Origin: Escherichia phage UE-S1
Reading direction: 5' to 3' (one strand)
Sequence record: ON568341.1
Length of the DNA: 64,000 bases
Part shown: in pieces, positions 53,310 through 62,694 of the stretch
How the letters are laid out: each line of letters starts with the position of its first letter
Numbering within the stretch: the stretch's first letter is position 1
Translations under genes and position numbers: made by a program
The notes under the pieces: generated by a model
Databases searched by the model: none
What the model was told of the DNA's origin: nothing
The model's input: the letters and a program-made list of their open reading frames with translations, nothing else

Positions 53310-53827
53310 TGAATATTAATGAGTTGTTAATATTATTGTTTAATCGTGAACGCCGCGATACAAGACCAATTGAATATCAAGATGTGATACGTATTGAAAC
53401 GGATTTCTGTTATGGTAAAACAACTCATGATCTTTTGAATCCATCTGGAAAACGCTATGCTGATGTTTGTTTTTCTGAAAGAAGTGATGGTTCAGAAATA
53501 ACAAGTACTGAAATTGTGTTTTATGATAGATCCTCGGCAGGTTCGTATGAAATAGAACTTATATATTGTCCTTGTTCAGAAACACACAATAAACATCAGA
53601 TATTATATGATGTTTATTCACCCCCAGGTATTGCTGAATATTTTGTTATTGATTACAGTACTGAAGAAAGTGTGTTTCAACAGAGCTTGATTCATAACTT
53701 CCAGTTGAATGATCCATTAGTACCGAAGATTTTCAAACTACTTGACACAATCGATGTTGATTTTGAATTTGTTATGTGCATTAGAACTTCTTTATTCAAT
53801 GAATTCATGGAACTTTTTAATATATGA
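53306..53827 (+). CDS. FQxS-motif paralog family member (173 aa)
   Basis: STEESVFQQSLIHNFQLND. Confidence 0.6.
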   Translation: MMNINELLILLFNRERRDTRPIEYQDVIRIETDFCYGKTTHDLLNPSGKRYADVCFSERSDGSEITSTEIVFYDRSSAGSYEIELIYCPCSETHNKHQILYDVYSPPGIAEYFVIDYSTEESVFQQSLIHNFQLNDPLVPKIFKLLDTIDVDFEFVMCIRTSLFNEFMELFNI

Positions 53828-54045
53828 ATAGATACTATGTTGTGTATGAACACGTTTCTGAATTTAATAACATACGAGGTTATTCCAGAGTTGTCACAAA
53901 GATGGATGTATTCATTCGTGCTCTTAGTGAAGTAGATGCACTGTTTAAATTGTTTGATGAAATTACAAAGTATAACACACCCAAAACACACCGCTATGTG
54001 GAAACTGTACATAGCATTATGCTAACTGAAAGTGATGAGGAATGA
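53824..54045 (+). CDS. hypothetical protein (73 aa)
   Basis: Track ORF. Confidence 0.4.
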   Translation: MNRYYVVYEHVSEFNNIRGYSRVVTKMDVFIRALSEVDALFKLFDEITKYNTPKTHRYVETVHSIMLTESDEE

Positions 54046-54048
54046 TAA

Positions 54049-54267
54049 ATGAATTTATATCTTGTTGAAGGATTGGTACAAGTCTATAAACTTGAATGTG
54101 AAGGGCAGCGTTTTTCACACGTAGAAGATTTTAAGTACGTTGTAAAGGCATCTTGTCAAAACGATGTTGAAATTCAAGTTCGAGAATCATTTCGTAATAA
54201 GAATGCAATTGGAAAATTCAAATATCAGCACTTACAATTCAAAGTATGGCCTAGCATAAATGACTAA
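54049..54267 (+). CDS. hypothetical protein (72 aa)
   Basis: Track ORF. Confidence 0.4.
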   Translation: MNLYLVEGLVQVYKLECEGQRFSHVEDFKYVVKASCQNDVEIQVRESFRNKNAIGKFKYQHLQFKVWPSIND

Positions 54268-54475
54268 GATGTGGTGGTGTCATGGTGTCTATAACGTGTA
54301 TGTAAATGGTCGATATAAAATGTCTAGTACCTATGCTAGACGTGTTCATGCGAAGAATAAAGTTGATGCGGCGTGTGATATCATTGAGTGGTATGCTGAG
54401 TTTAATACATTTGACTATATGTACGAAATAGTTACAATAAATGTTGTACAAATTGACACGTCTCTGATACAATAA
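54260..54475 (+). CDS. hypothetical protein (71 aa)
   Basis: Track ORF. Confidence 0.4.
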   Translation: MTKMWWCHGVYNVYVNGRYKMSSTYARRVHAKNKVDAACDIIEWYAEFNTFDYMYEIVTINVVQIDTSLIQ

Positions 54476-54508
54476 CTACATCAAAAAACAACTGCAACTG
54501 AGGATACT

Positions 54509-55171
54509 ATGTTAGTAAATCTTAATTTCATCACTTCTCCTGATTGGGCATTACGTGGTGTTTCTTTGAACTTTAAAGAAACTAATTTCGACTACATTGG
54601 GGATTGTACTTTAGTTAATGCTACATTTGATCCTCATCATCCTTTTTGGGCTAAGATTCATGATCCTAATGTAAACAATAGTGTATCTGTTATGACTATT
54701 GTACAGACGAAATATCCTGGCATTCTCGCAGGAGAACATCCTAAAGTTGCAATTAATCATTTCACTGATTATGATGTAGTAGATGAGTATCCAATGATTC
54801 ATAAAGATGGAAGTTTATACACATCTGAAGACGTTCGTGCTATCTTTAATAGTACTGATGATATTCTACCAAGTGGACGAACACGTCCTAAGTCTTATCT
54901 TATGCATTCATCTTATGGTGTAGCAGATACGCTTGAGCAGATTATGAAGAAGTACAAGAACCTAATTGAAGGTCCAGAAGAAGTTGTCATGTGCTATTAT
55001 CCAGTACTGAAATCAGACCAGCCAAAGAGTGGTGGGTGGCGTTGGCATAAAAACGGTGAGTACATTGGAAATAAACGTAGCAAAGAACGTTTTGAGTACT
55101 TGTATGATGAACCCGATATTGATGTTGTTTTGTGTTATAACTTCCTTAAGGTGAAAAAGAAATGTATCTAG
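54509..55171 (+). CDS. hypothetical protein (220 aa)
   Basis: GAGGA RBS. Confidence 0.55.
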   Translation: MLVNLNFITSPDWALRGVSLNFKETNFDYIGDCTLVNATFDPHHPFWAKIHDPNVNNSVSVMTIVQTKYPGILAGEHPKVAINHFTDYDVVDEYPMIHKDGSLYTSEDVRAIFNSTDDILPSGRTRPKSYLMHSSYGVADTLEQIMKKYKNLIEGPEEVVMCYYPVLKSDQPKSGGWRWHKNGEYIGNKRSKERFEYLYDEPDIDVVLCYNFLKVKKKCI

Positions 55172-55398
55172 TATTGAGTATTGTAACTGCACTATTGTTT
55201 ATGTTTTACCCTACACTAGTAGCACTAGTTACAAGACGAACTGTTGGAGATATCACTACAGTATTCTTGTTAAACGTGGTTCTGGCACTAGTGTCTATTA
55301 AAATCCCAGTAACCCCCACTGTTATTGATACGGTAACAGTATTTCTCTTTGTTTTCAGTTATCTTATGCTTATCGATGAGAAACCTGTTGACAAATAA
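55162..55398 (+). CDS. small polytopic membrane protein (78 aa)
   Basis: Hydrophobic throughout. Confidence 0.45.
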   Translation: MYLVLSIVTALLFMFYPTLVALVTRRTVGDITTVFLLNVVLALVSIKIPVTPTVIDTVTVFLFVFSYLMLIDEKPVDK

Positions 55399-55415
55399 TC
55401 TTAGTGCTGTATAAT
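55388..55415 (+). promoter_or_regulatory. sigma70-like promoter (TTGACA-N16-TATAAT)
   Basis: Consensus hexamers with TG at -15. Confidence 0.6.
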
Positions 55416-55457
55416 AATTCTTGAAATGTAAAAAACTTAAACATGAGGGTATAAAAT

Positions 55458-55778
55458 ATGTTATCAGTATTGTTTTCAATTCCATCTTTAATTCTAATTT
55501 GGATTATTGTGTATGAATGTTTTATTGTAGATGATACGGAGAAAAAAGAATTCAATGAGTTATTCATGCTTGATACGCCAGTTGTCCGCATTTTCTATTC
55601 TGTAGTTATCGTTTCAGTACTTGCATGGATTGTAAGTTTTATCTTCCCAATGGGTGCAATCATTAATGTATTGAATTTGGTTGAAAACACTATTGCTATT
55701 CTATGGCTTATCAAAGCGTGGTATGTAGGAAATGTTAATATTTGGATTGATATTGTTAAATCTAAATTTACAAAATAA
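55458..55778 (+). CDS. membrane protein (106 aa)
   Basis: Hydrophobic segments; GAGGG RBS. Confidence 0.45.
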   Translation: MLSVLFSIPSLILIWIIVYECFIVDDTEKKEFNELFMLDTPVVRIFYSVVIVSVLAWIVSFIFPMGAIINVLNLVENTIAILWLIKAWYVGNVNIWIDIVKSKFTK

Positions 55779-55870
55779 GATGTAATAAGTAATAGTGAAA
55801 CAACCTAGATATGATTAAATACTTCTGTACATACATATAGTACAGAAGTATTTCTTAGTAGAGGTTTGTT

Positions 55871-56230
55871 ATGAATACTTATATAAAATTAATAGCACTT
55901 ACTTGCTTGTTATTGTCTTTTTTTAGTTACGGTTCGTCATCTGAAACACAATGTCGTAGTACTAATGGAACGATGTATTCATTAACTAACGATCCGGGAA
56001 ATGGTAAAAATATTGTTATTGATGGTGAAACTTATCGTTTTAAAGTACAAAGCACTATTGGTAATAAAAAGATAACGACTTATATTAATGATTCTGGAAC
56101 ACTTGCAAATGTTATATTAATTGTTAATCCAAAAACAGGTCGTGGTGATATCTATATAGTAATTTATTTAGATTCAGCACAACAACGAGAATTAGATATA
56201 GATGAATTAAATCTTCATTGCAAAATATAG
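55871..56230 (+). CDS. secreted protein with signal peptide (119 aa); paralog of 56615
   Basis: Signal peptide; shared IDG(E/Q)xYxF core. Confidence 0.5.
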   Translation: MNTYIKLIALTCLLLSFFSYGSSSETQCRSTNGTMYSLTNDPGNGKNIVIDGETYRFKVQSTIGNKKITTYINDSGTLANVILIVNPKTGRGDIYIVIYLDSAQQRELDIDELNLHCKI

Positions 56231-56240
56231 GGTATAAAAT

Positions 56241-56618
56241 ATGATAGATTCTATTGTAATTGGGTTGATAAGTATTCCATTTATTTTGTCTTTTATAATT
56301 TCCATATGCATGATTGTGTATTTTATATTTGCTGGAATGTATTTTGTTTTAACAAACAAGTATATTTTTATTTCTAAGCTTGATTCAATATTTGCATGTG
56401 AAACTTTAGCTTACAACTTATGGATAATCTGCTCTAGTATTATGGGGTTGACTTACCTTTTATATAAATTTGATTTTATTAATGTAAATATTGTATATAT
56501 TAGTGCTGGATTAGCATTATATCCTGCTACATGGTACTTGATTTATGTTGTGGACATATGGTATAGTACTTACAAAGAATACCAGTGTAAGAAATCATTA
56601 AAAGTTGAGAGGAATTGA
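56241..56618 (+). CDS. polytopic membrane protein (125 aa)
   Basis: Hydrophobic segments. Confidence 0.5.
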   Translation: MIDSIVIGLISIPFILSFIISICMIVYFIFAGMYFVLTNKYIFISKLDSIFACETLAYNLWIICSSIMGLTYLLYKFDFINVNIVYISAGLALYPATWYLIYVVDIWYSTYKEYQCKKSLKVERN

Positions 56619-56971
56619 TTATGAAAATTATTTTATTTTTTGTATCTATGTTATTGAGTGGATTTGTATATGCTGAACCACTTGAAGGTTTAGTTTGCAC
56701 AGACGGACACATCAAACATATCTATCAAGGTGATAGTTATGATCATGATATTGTTTATATTGATGGTCAACAATATAACTTTGTTAAAGAGCATACTATT
56801 GGCGACATTAGCTTCAATGAGTTTTCAAATGATGAAGATCCTAACGCCTTGGCATTTATGGAAGTTGATTTGTATGAAGATAGTAATGGTACACAATATG
56901 CTAAACTTGTTATGATGCGTCGTGGTGCTAAAGAAACAAGTTTCGGTGGTTTATGTAAATATAAGGATTAA
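56615..56971 (+). CDS. secreted protein with signal peptide (118 aa); paralog of 55871
   Basis: MIMKIILFFVSMLLSGFVYA|EP. Confidence 0.5.
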   Translation: MIMKIILFFVSMLLSGFVYAEPLEGLVCTDGHIKHIYQGDSYDHDIVYIDGQQYNFVKEHTIGDISFNEFSNDEDPNALAFMEVDLYEDSNGTQYAKLVMMRRGAKETSFGGLCKYKD

Positions 56972-56976
56972 TTATT

Positions 56977-57168
56977 ATGCTGATTTATAAATGTGATAAT
57001 ATTCGTGTTCTACAACATCCTTATCTTCAAATCTTTGATGTGCAGATGTTCATGGAAGGTGATAATCCGAGAACCTATGGACGTAAGTATGATTATTTCA
57101 CGGTCAAGCAGTGCAACAACATTGATGAAGTACGACGATTAGTACATGAACTCCAAAACAAAGGTTGA
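56977..57168 (+). CDS. hypothetical protein (63 aa)
   Basis: Track ORF. Confidence 0.4.
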   Translation: MLIYKCDNIRVLQHPYLQIFDVQMFMEGDNPRTYGRKYDYFTVKQCNNIDEVRRLVHELQNKG

Positions 57169-57187
57169 CTTCGGTCAGCCTTTTTTG
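57161..57187 (+). terminator. terminator GGTTGAC-ttcg-GTCAGCC (copy 1) with embedded promoter hexamers
   Basis: Hairpin then TTTTTTG; TTGACT in the 5' arm lies 17 nt upstream of TTATAAT. Confidence 0.75.
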
Positions 57188-57222
57188 TTATAATTATTTT
57201 ATATTCTAATGGATTTTAAATT

Positions 57223-57663
57223 ATGTTAGTATATCGTTTTGAACTTAAATTTAGTTACATTGAACCTGATTTGAAACCAGCAACAAATGTTGGTCCATTT
57301 GCACGGTATTCTTCAAAATACAGTACTAAAAATGGTTTTGACCGTTTGTATATGTCTACGCCTACGCAGTTCCAACCTGAACCAACTGATGATGGAATCT
57401 ATTCAATCAAATATGGATGGGCATTTGGCTGTCAAAGTTTGAATGATTTGTTTCGGTTCTTTACTATGGACTTGGGTAAATTACATCGTGCTGGGTTTGC
57501 TATTTCCGTATATGATGTACCTGATAATCATGTGGATATTGGTCGTAATCAGGTTCAGTACTATTGCGGTAGTGCAACATTGGTTCGTATCATGTCAGTT
57601 AAGGATGCAAAGGTGGAGTACAGTCAAAGTAAAAGAGTAATACATGAGGCTATATATGGATAA
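57223..57663 (+). CDS. hypothetical protein (146 aa)
   Basis: Track ORF. Confidence 0.5.
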   Translation: MLVYRFELKFSYIEPDLKPATNVGPFARYSSKYSTKNGFDRLYMSTPTQFQPEPTDDGIYSIKYGWAFGCQSLNDLFRFFTMDLGKLHRAGFAISVYDVPDNHVDIGRNQVQYYCGSATLVRIMSVKDAKVEYSQSKRVIHEAIYG

Positions 57664-58000
57664 GACACAAATAGAATTGAAAAAATTTGTATCATTCTAT
57701 CTACCAAATGATCCACGTACTTCACAAAAAGATTTTGAATATTATAATATTCTAAGTAAACAGTTAATGAGAAAGTTTCAACAGTGTTTAAGTATATTCA
57801 ATACCGATGGTAGACGTAGATACCGAATCATTTCAATGAATGATGAAAACGCAAACTACTTTGATTATGATGTTGTTTTTAGAGCATATAATGATGACCG
57901 AATTAAATTAAATTATGATCAAATAATATTTGATCTAAGTGCTATATCTGTTATAATCACGCATATCGCCGAGATTAATGGTTTTAAAGAGTGGTATTGA
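57656..58000 (+). CDS. hypothetical protein (~114 aa)
   Basis: ATG 57656. Confidence 0.45.
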   Translation: MDKTQIELKKFVSFYLPNDPRTSQKDFEYYNILSKQLMRKFQQCLSIFNTDGRRRYRIISMNDENANYFDYDVVFRAYNDDRIKLNYDQIIFDLSAISVIITHIAEINGFKEWY

Positions 58001-58014
58001 TTAGAGGACAACAT

Positions 58015-58281
58015 ATGAAGCTTAAATTGCAATATAACGGATTTACTTTACGTAATGATACTGAGTTTGTAAATCGTTCACCTGGTGCTGAACTTTTTTT
58101 GCGAGAGATGAACATTCCTTTCATTGTCACCACTGTTGGGGATCGTGAAGTTTTACAATACGCAGAGCATCCTATTATTGATGTTCCTTGGTATTCTGAA
58201 CATATGTACATGGATATGGCACGTCGCTACAACTGTAAGTTCATAGTAGAAGGTGATAAAATTACAGTACAATTTAAATGA
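58015..58281 (+). CDS. hypothetical protein (~88 aa)
   Basis: ATG 58015 after AGAGGA. Confidence 0.45.
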   Translation: MKLKLQYNGFTLRNDTEFVNRSPGAELFLREMNIPFIVTTVGDREVLQYAEHPIIDVPWYSEHMYMDMARRYNCKFIVEGDKITVQFK

Positions 58282-58349
58282 TGTGAATTGAAATGAACAG
58301 TACTACACTCAATTTAAGCATCATCGCAAATGTAGAAATATAATATAAA

Positions 58350-58380
58350 AAGGGAAATCATATATGGTTCCCCCTTTTTC
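58350..58380 (+). terminator. rho-independent terminator (weak)
   Basis: GGGAA...TTCCCCC followed by TTTTTC. Confidence 0.4.
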
Positions 58381-58421
58381 TTATTACGTACAATTAAGTA
58401 CATATATTAATTGAGGAAATT

Positions 58422-58994
58422 ATGAATCGTAAAGGCCGTTTTAAGGTATCAAAGAAGAATAAGAGTTCTAGGTTTAAACCTATAGTGTTAACAGTTAAAG
58501 CTAAAGAAGAATTAACTGCACTTAGTAAAAAGATCATTTCATCTAAGATCAAAATATCATATATAAATTCAGTAAAATATCAAAATGTAAAACCACGAGA
58601 TCAACTTATTTCACTTATATTTGAACGTAATGATTTTGAGATATCAGTAGATGATTATAGAGCCTATAATGCTGGCTTCATTAATGTTACTTGTAATAAA
58701 GAACTAACTGCATTAGAAAATTTGTCATGTATAATAAATCTAGATAAAGGTGTTGTGAAATACCATTTTGTACATTTCACTAATATCAATAATGGAATGG
58801 GCGTAGAATCCAGACCTATAGTGCCTACGTGTGATGTTACTAAATTAGCAAAACTCAATGATGAAGAATATTTTCAAGAAAGCATTGTAACTGAGCATTT
58901 AGATGATATAATAGCAACTTACAAAGAATGCATATGGGTTTTGAATGCCATTAAGCCTAAATTGTGTTTAATGAATATTGTTCGTGATTTATGA
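58422..58994 (+). CDS. FQxS-motif paralog family member (190 aa)
   Basis: NDEEYFQESIVTEHLDD; GAGGA RBS. Confidence 0.6.
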   Translation: MNRKGRFKVSKKNKSSRFKPIVLTVKAKEELTALSKKIISSKIKISYINSVKYQNVKPRDQLISLIFERNDFEISVDDYRAYNAGFINVTCNKELTALENLSCIINLDKGVVKYHFVHFTNINNGMGVESRPIVPTCDVTKLAKLNDEEYFQESIVTEHLDDIIATYKECIWVLNAIKPKLCLMNIVRDL

Positions 58995-59007
58995 ATGGGA
59001 AATTAAA

Positions 59008-59451
59008 ATGGGTTGGGTAAATGTAAATAGTATTGAACTTAACGAACAAGATATTTTTGCATTTGTGAATTTGACCAATAATACAGTACTGAAAGGGCGT
59101 TTGTTCAGAGCGAGTGATGGATATAAATGGATCTCTTTGATGGATGATTGTGGTGTGATTTATAATGCAATGCAATTGCCACAGTGGGTATATAGTAATA
59201 CTTCTGACGATGTTCTTGCCGCTGTTATGCGTGAGTTTGAAAAACTACCAGGTGGTGATATGAAAAACAAAGTTTTTAATGCAGAACGTCATAATTATAC
59301 AGCACAGCAATTGGAATCACTTGCCATTGCTGCATATCAAGCTGCTATTAAGAAGCCAGAGTGTGTTATTCTTAAGTACGTCCCAGACTTAAAACTCACG
59401 TTGGAAGATATGGATGCATTCATTTTTACATCTGAACTTGAACAGTACTGA
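59008..59451 (+). CDS. hypothetical protein (~147 aa)
   Basis: ATG 59008. Confidence 0.5.
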   Translation: MGWVNVNSIELNEQDIFAFVNLTNNTVLKGRLFRASDGYKWISLMDDCGVIYNAMQLPQWVYSNTSDDVLAAVMREFEKLPGGDMKNKVFNAERHNYTAQQLESLAIAAYQAAIKKPECVILKYVPDLKLTLEDMDAFIFTSELEQY

Positions 59452-59565
59452 TTTAACTTTGGGACAAACTTTTCTATAATGATATAATTTTCTTGTCTGA
59501 TTATTTAAATGACATGTTGAAGTATAAATATTATTGTAAAGTTATCTCTTATAGGAGTTATAAAA

Positions 59566-59949
59566 ATGGTTGATAAATGGAATAAGAAAGATCCATCCCA
59601 TGATGTTGATATTTCTGATCTAGATGATGCACATAAGCATAAGTATCTAGATTCACTAGGTCTTCTCAAACCGGACCAAAGTCTTGCACACGAACGCCCA
59701 TCACGTGAAAAAGCATTCAGTCTAGAATCACTTGGTCATGAGCTAAATCGTGTGTTTGAAGAACACCCAATTTATGTACGTGATATTATTGAGAAACTTA
59801 AAGTAACTCCTAAAGAGCACTTTAAAGCAACTGTACATTCTGCATTCCGTGCATTGCATGATTCTCTCAAGAAAACTCATAATCTTCGTAAAATTCATGA
59901 TGAAATTGTGAATGCAATCGAAAGTGAAAAGCATAAGTTCAAGAAGTAA
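59566..59949 (+). CDS. hypothetical protein (127 aa); SLGLL-motif paralog
   Basis: AGGAG RBS; HKYLDSLGLLKPDQ; KLKVTPKEHFKATV. Confidence 0.5.
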   Translation: MVDKWNKKDPSHDVDISDLDDAHKHKYLDSLGLLKPDQSLAHERPSREKAFSLESLGHELNRVFEEHPIYVRDIIEKLKVTPKEHFKATVHSAFRALHDSLKKTHNLRKIHDEIVNAIESEKHKFKK

Positions 59950-59957
59950 TAGAAAAT

Positions 59958-59984
59958 GGGTTGACTTCGGTCAGCCTTTTTTTA
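59958..59984 (+). terminator. terminator GGGTTGAC-ttcg-GTCAGCC (copy 2)
   Basis: Identical hairpin followed by TTTTTTT. Confidence 0.75.
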
Positions 59985-60014
59985 TATACTATAAATATAG
60001 TCATAGAGAAAAAC

Positions 60015-61289
60015 ATGAAATCTATGGAGAGAAATCAAATGCCAAGTAATTTTACTGATAAAAATGGTGGTAACATGGCAGGTCACTCGGATAAATGGAG
60101 TGAACGCAACCGCCGACCAAATAGTTACCAAGCAGGTCAAGGTTCTCGTGGCTCCAGAAACCAAGGAACTGGTCTAGCTGGTAAAGCAAATGCTGAACCT
60201 GGTGAAGTTAAAAGTACTGAGAACATGACTGAGCTAGAAAAACTACGCTACGTTAATTCATTGGGACTTCTTAATGCTACACAAAAACAACGTCTAGCTG
60301 ATATGGAACGTGAAGAAAAAGAAAAGACTGCTCCTGCGAAAGAAGAACCAAAACAAGAAGCACCAAAGGCGGTTAACCCTGTCAAAGAACTGTCTGATAA
60401 GTTAGGTAAGATCTTTGCAAATAAACCCCAACTTATTCAAGGTATTGTCAAAGAATTGCAATCTGTACCTAAAGAAGAATTAAAAGCCAAAGCACAAGCT
60501 GTTCTGGATGCAATGAAAGGAAATACCAGTACTGAACCAACCGAAGTATTCAGTACTATTATGCGTGCACTGGAAGGTAAACAACAAGGTGAAGAACGTG
60601 GTGATGAAGTAAGTCTTGAACGTGTTCTTAAAACATTTGATAGTATTGGGAAAGAAGACCGTGTTAATGCACAACAGGTTAAAAATGTACTAGCAAAATT
60701 GGAAAACCGTCTAGAAGGTAAAGATGATAAGATTAAATTGGTATCCGATGCAGTTGAAAATGCACTTAAATCTTATGTACAAGGTGAAAAGAGTCGTTTT
60801 GTAACTGCTATGGATGCTGCATTCAATACTATGAAAAAGTACGAAGCGGATCATGGAGAGAAGGTAACACGAGATGGTTATTTAATGCGTGATGATGAAG
60901 AAGGTGCAGTGGAACAGAATGATGCTCATTCTGACGAAGATATTGATGACATGGAAGCAGAACTGTCACAGGACCGCCAAATGACTGAAAAATCTCACAA
61001 TGAACTACAGAAATTAATGCAGTGGGTTGCAGAAGTAGGTGAAAAGGCTGGTGAAGATAAGAAGAGTATCAACCGAAACCTAAGTTGGATTAAAGATAAG
61101 GTTGGTAATAACGCTCGTAAACTACAAAAAGCATGGACTGATGTAGTGAATGGTGCGGTAGATATTGATGTTGAGTCTGGTGAAGCATATGATTATGCAT
61201 TGACTACACTTGATGATTCTTTTCGTGACTACGAAAAAGGAAACGTTACTCCTTGGGAAAAGGACATAATGAGTAAATATGGTAAATGA
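60015..61289 (+). CDS. K/E-rich protein, SLGLL-motif paralog (~425 aa); start uncertain (60015-60039)
   Basis: LRYVNSLGLLNATQKQ; QSVPKEELKAKAQAV; track start at 59961 lies inside the terminator. Confidence 0.5.
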   Translation: MKSMERNQMPSNFTDKNGGNMAGHSDKWSERNRRPNSYQAGQGSRGSRNQGTGLAGKANAEPGEVKSTENMTELEKLRYVNSLGLLNATQKQRLADMEREEKEKTAPAKEEPKQEAPKAVNPVKELSDKLGKIFANKPQLIQGIVKELQSVPKEELKAKAQAVLDAMKGNTSTEPTEVFSTIMRALEGKQQGEERGDEVSLERVLKTFDSIGKEDRVNAQQVKNVLAKLENRLEGKDDKIKLVSDAVENALKSYVQGEKSRFVTAMDAAFNTMKKYEADHGEKVTRDGYLMRDDEEGAVEQNDAHSDEDIDDMEAELSQDRQMTEKSHNELQKLMQWVAEVGEKAGEDKKSINRNLSWIKDKVGNNARKLQKAWTDVVNGAVDIDVESGEAYDYALTTLDDSFRDYEKGNVTPWEKDIMSKYGK

Positions 61290-61298
61290 TAACAAAAA

Positions 61299-61323
61299 GG
61301 TTGACTTCGGTCAGCCTTTTTTG
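61299..61323 (+). terminator. terminator GGTTGAC-ttcg-GTCAGCC (copy 3)
   Basis: Identical hairpin followed by TTTTTTG. Confidence 0.75.
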
Positions 61324-61358
61324 TTATCATAGCTTTCCTAACTACAAAGGATGACGTG

Positions 61359-62000
61359 ATGACTAAGCAAGAAATATTCAAAACATTAATTGACATTTTA
61401 CGTTCATCTAAAACTCGTTGTGCAATGGAGTTTGATATTCCTTACGCTGAACGAGTCATCTTTCCACAAGTAAAAGCGGCAGGTCTTACTTTACTTGGTA
61501 TGGGGATGTACTCTGTAGTAGTTGAACATAAAAACTATCCAGGTCGTGCATTTAAAGTAACCACGTCACGATGGGATGGTTTTCGTGCTTATGCAAAGTA
61601 CTGTATTGATAACACAGGAACTAAGTTTCTTCCTGTAATATACAGTGCAAATGAACAAGGAAACTTTGGATGGTATGAAATGGATAAGTACTACCCTATC
61701 ATTAAACAAAAAAATAATTATGATGACTTTGTTAGTACTAAAATTGGAGATTTGTATTCGTATGCACATGCTGGTCAGTACGCAACTTCAGTGAATGAAC
61801 TGCGTGGAAATTCAGAAGAGATTGCCATTGCAACTGTTGCAGCTAACATAATGAAAGAGTTTCATGGTCGTTTTGTACCAGACATTCATTCCAGTAATGT
61901 GATGATGGATAAAGATGGAAATTTATTCATCACTGACCCTATTTCGTGTGATGTACGTCGAGAAATACCAATCACTGAAGAAGACCCAATTTTTTATTGA
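61359..62000 (+). CDS. protein-kinase-like fold protein (atypical kinase)
   Basis: Gly-rich GMGMYSVVV, Lys in AFKV, catalytic-loop-like DIHSSNVMMD, DFG-like FITDP. Confidence 0.5.
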   Translation: MTKQEIFKTLIDILRSSKTRCAMEFDIPYAERVIFPQVKAAGLTLLGMGMYSVVVEHKNYPGRAFKVTTSRWDGFRAYAKYCIDNTGTKFLPVIYSANEQGNFGWYEMDKYYPIIKQKNNYDDFVSTKIGDLYSYAHAGQYATSVNELRGNSEEIAIATVAANIMKEFHGRFVPDIHSSNVMMDKDGNLFITDPISCDVRREIPITEEDPIFY

Positions 62001-62025
62001 CAGAACTTGTGTTCTGGTGTATATT
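61997..62025 (+). promoter_or_regulatory. sigma70-like promoter (TTGACA-N17-TATATT)
   Basis: Upstream of ORF 62064. Confidence 0.5.
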
Positions 62026-62063
62026 AAGTGAATTATAAACAAATTGTGACACAGGATTAAATC

Positions 62064-62345
62064 ATGCGTTCATTTGAAAACTTAATAGGTAAACTTCTTT
62101 TATCTGAAATTGAAGAAGACGTTAAGGAATTATGCAAATCAAAAAGTTACATTCATTTGGATGAACTGTTTGTTAAGTACGGAGAGATTAGTTTTAAATC
62201 ATTATTTGTTTTTACTATGAAAGTACATAGTTTAAAGCACTTCGATTTAAGTTATAAAAATGATCAACCAAATCTATATCATATGTATTATCTCAAGAAT
62301 ATAGAAGAAGCTCATGCATTATTTTCTGAATATCTGAAGGTATAA
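62064..62345 (+). CDS. hypothetical protein (93 aa)
   Basis: Track ORF. Confidence 0.45.
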   Translation: MRSFENLIGKLLLSEIEEDVKELCKSKSYIHLDELFVKYGEISFKSLFVFTMKVHSLKHFDLSYKNDQPNLYHMYYLKNIEEAHALFSEYLKV

Positions 62346-62346
62346 A

Positions 62347-62685
62347 ATGGAACAATATTTTGAATTAATTAATAAAGTGTCATTCTATGTAGTGTCATTG
62401 ATGTGGGTTTATTTCATGTTTTGCTACATTATTGCATTCTTCCGATACACTACTTTATATGAACGTATCTATTATGATGCACCGATTTCATTCTTGGTAT
62501 TCTGTGCGTGTACGTGGGGAATATTAGAAGTACTGATATGTGGATATAGTACTGATGAATTAAATCTGGTATCGGTATTGACTGGGTTATCACTTGGCGT
62601 TATGATATCTTTCTTTCCAGTATGGTTGTTCTTTGAGCTGTTCCATCGCATTGATGTATGGCGTTCTAATATCCCTGAAAAATAA
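62347..62685 (+). CDS. small membrane protein, tandem paralog 1 of 3 (112 aa)
   Basis: FRYTTLYERIYYDAP ... WRSNIPEK. Confidence 0.5.
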   Translation: MEQYFELINKVSFYVVSLMWVYFMFCYIIAFFRYTTLYERIYYDAPISFLVFCACTWGILEVLICGYSTDELNLVSVLTGLSLGVMISFFPVWLFFELFHRIDVWRSNIPEK

Positions 62686-62694
62686 GGATTGATA

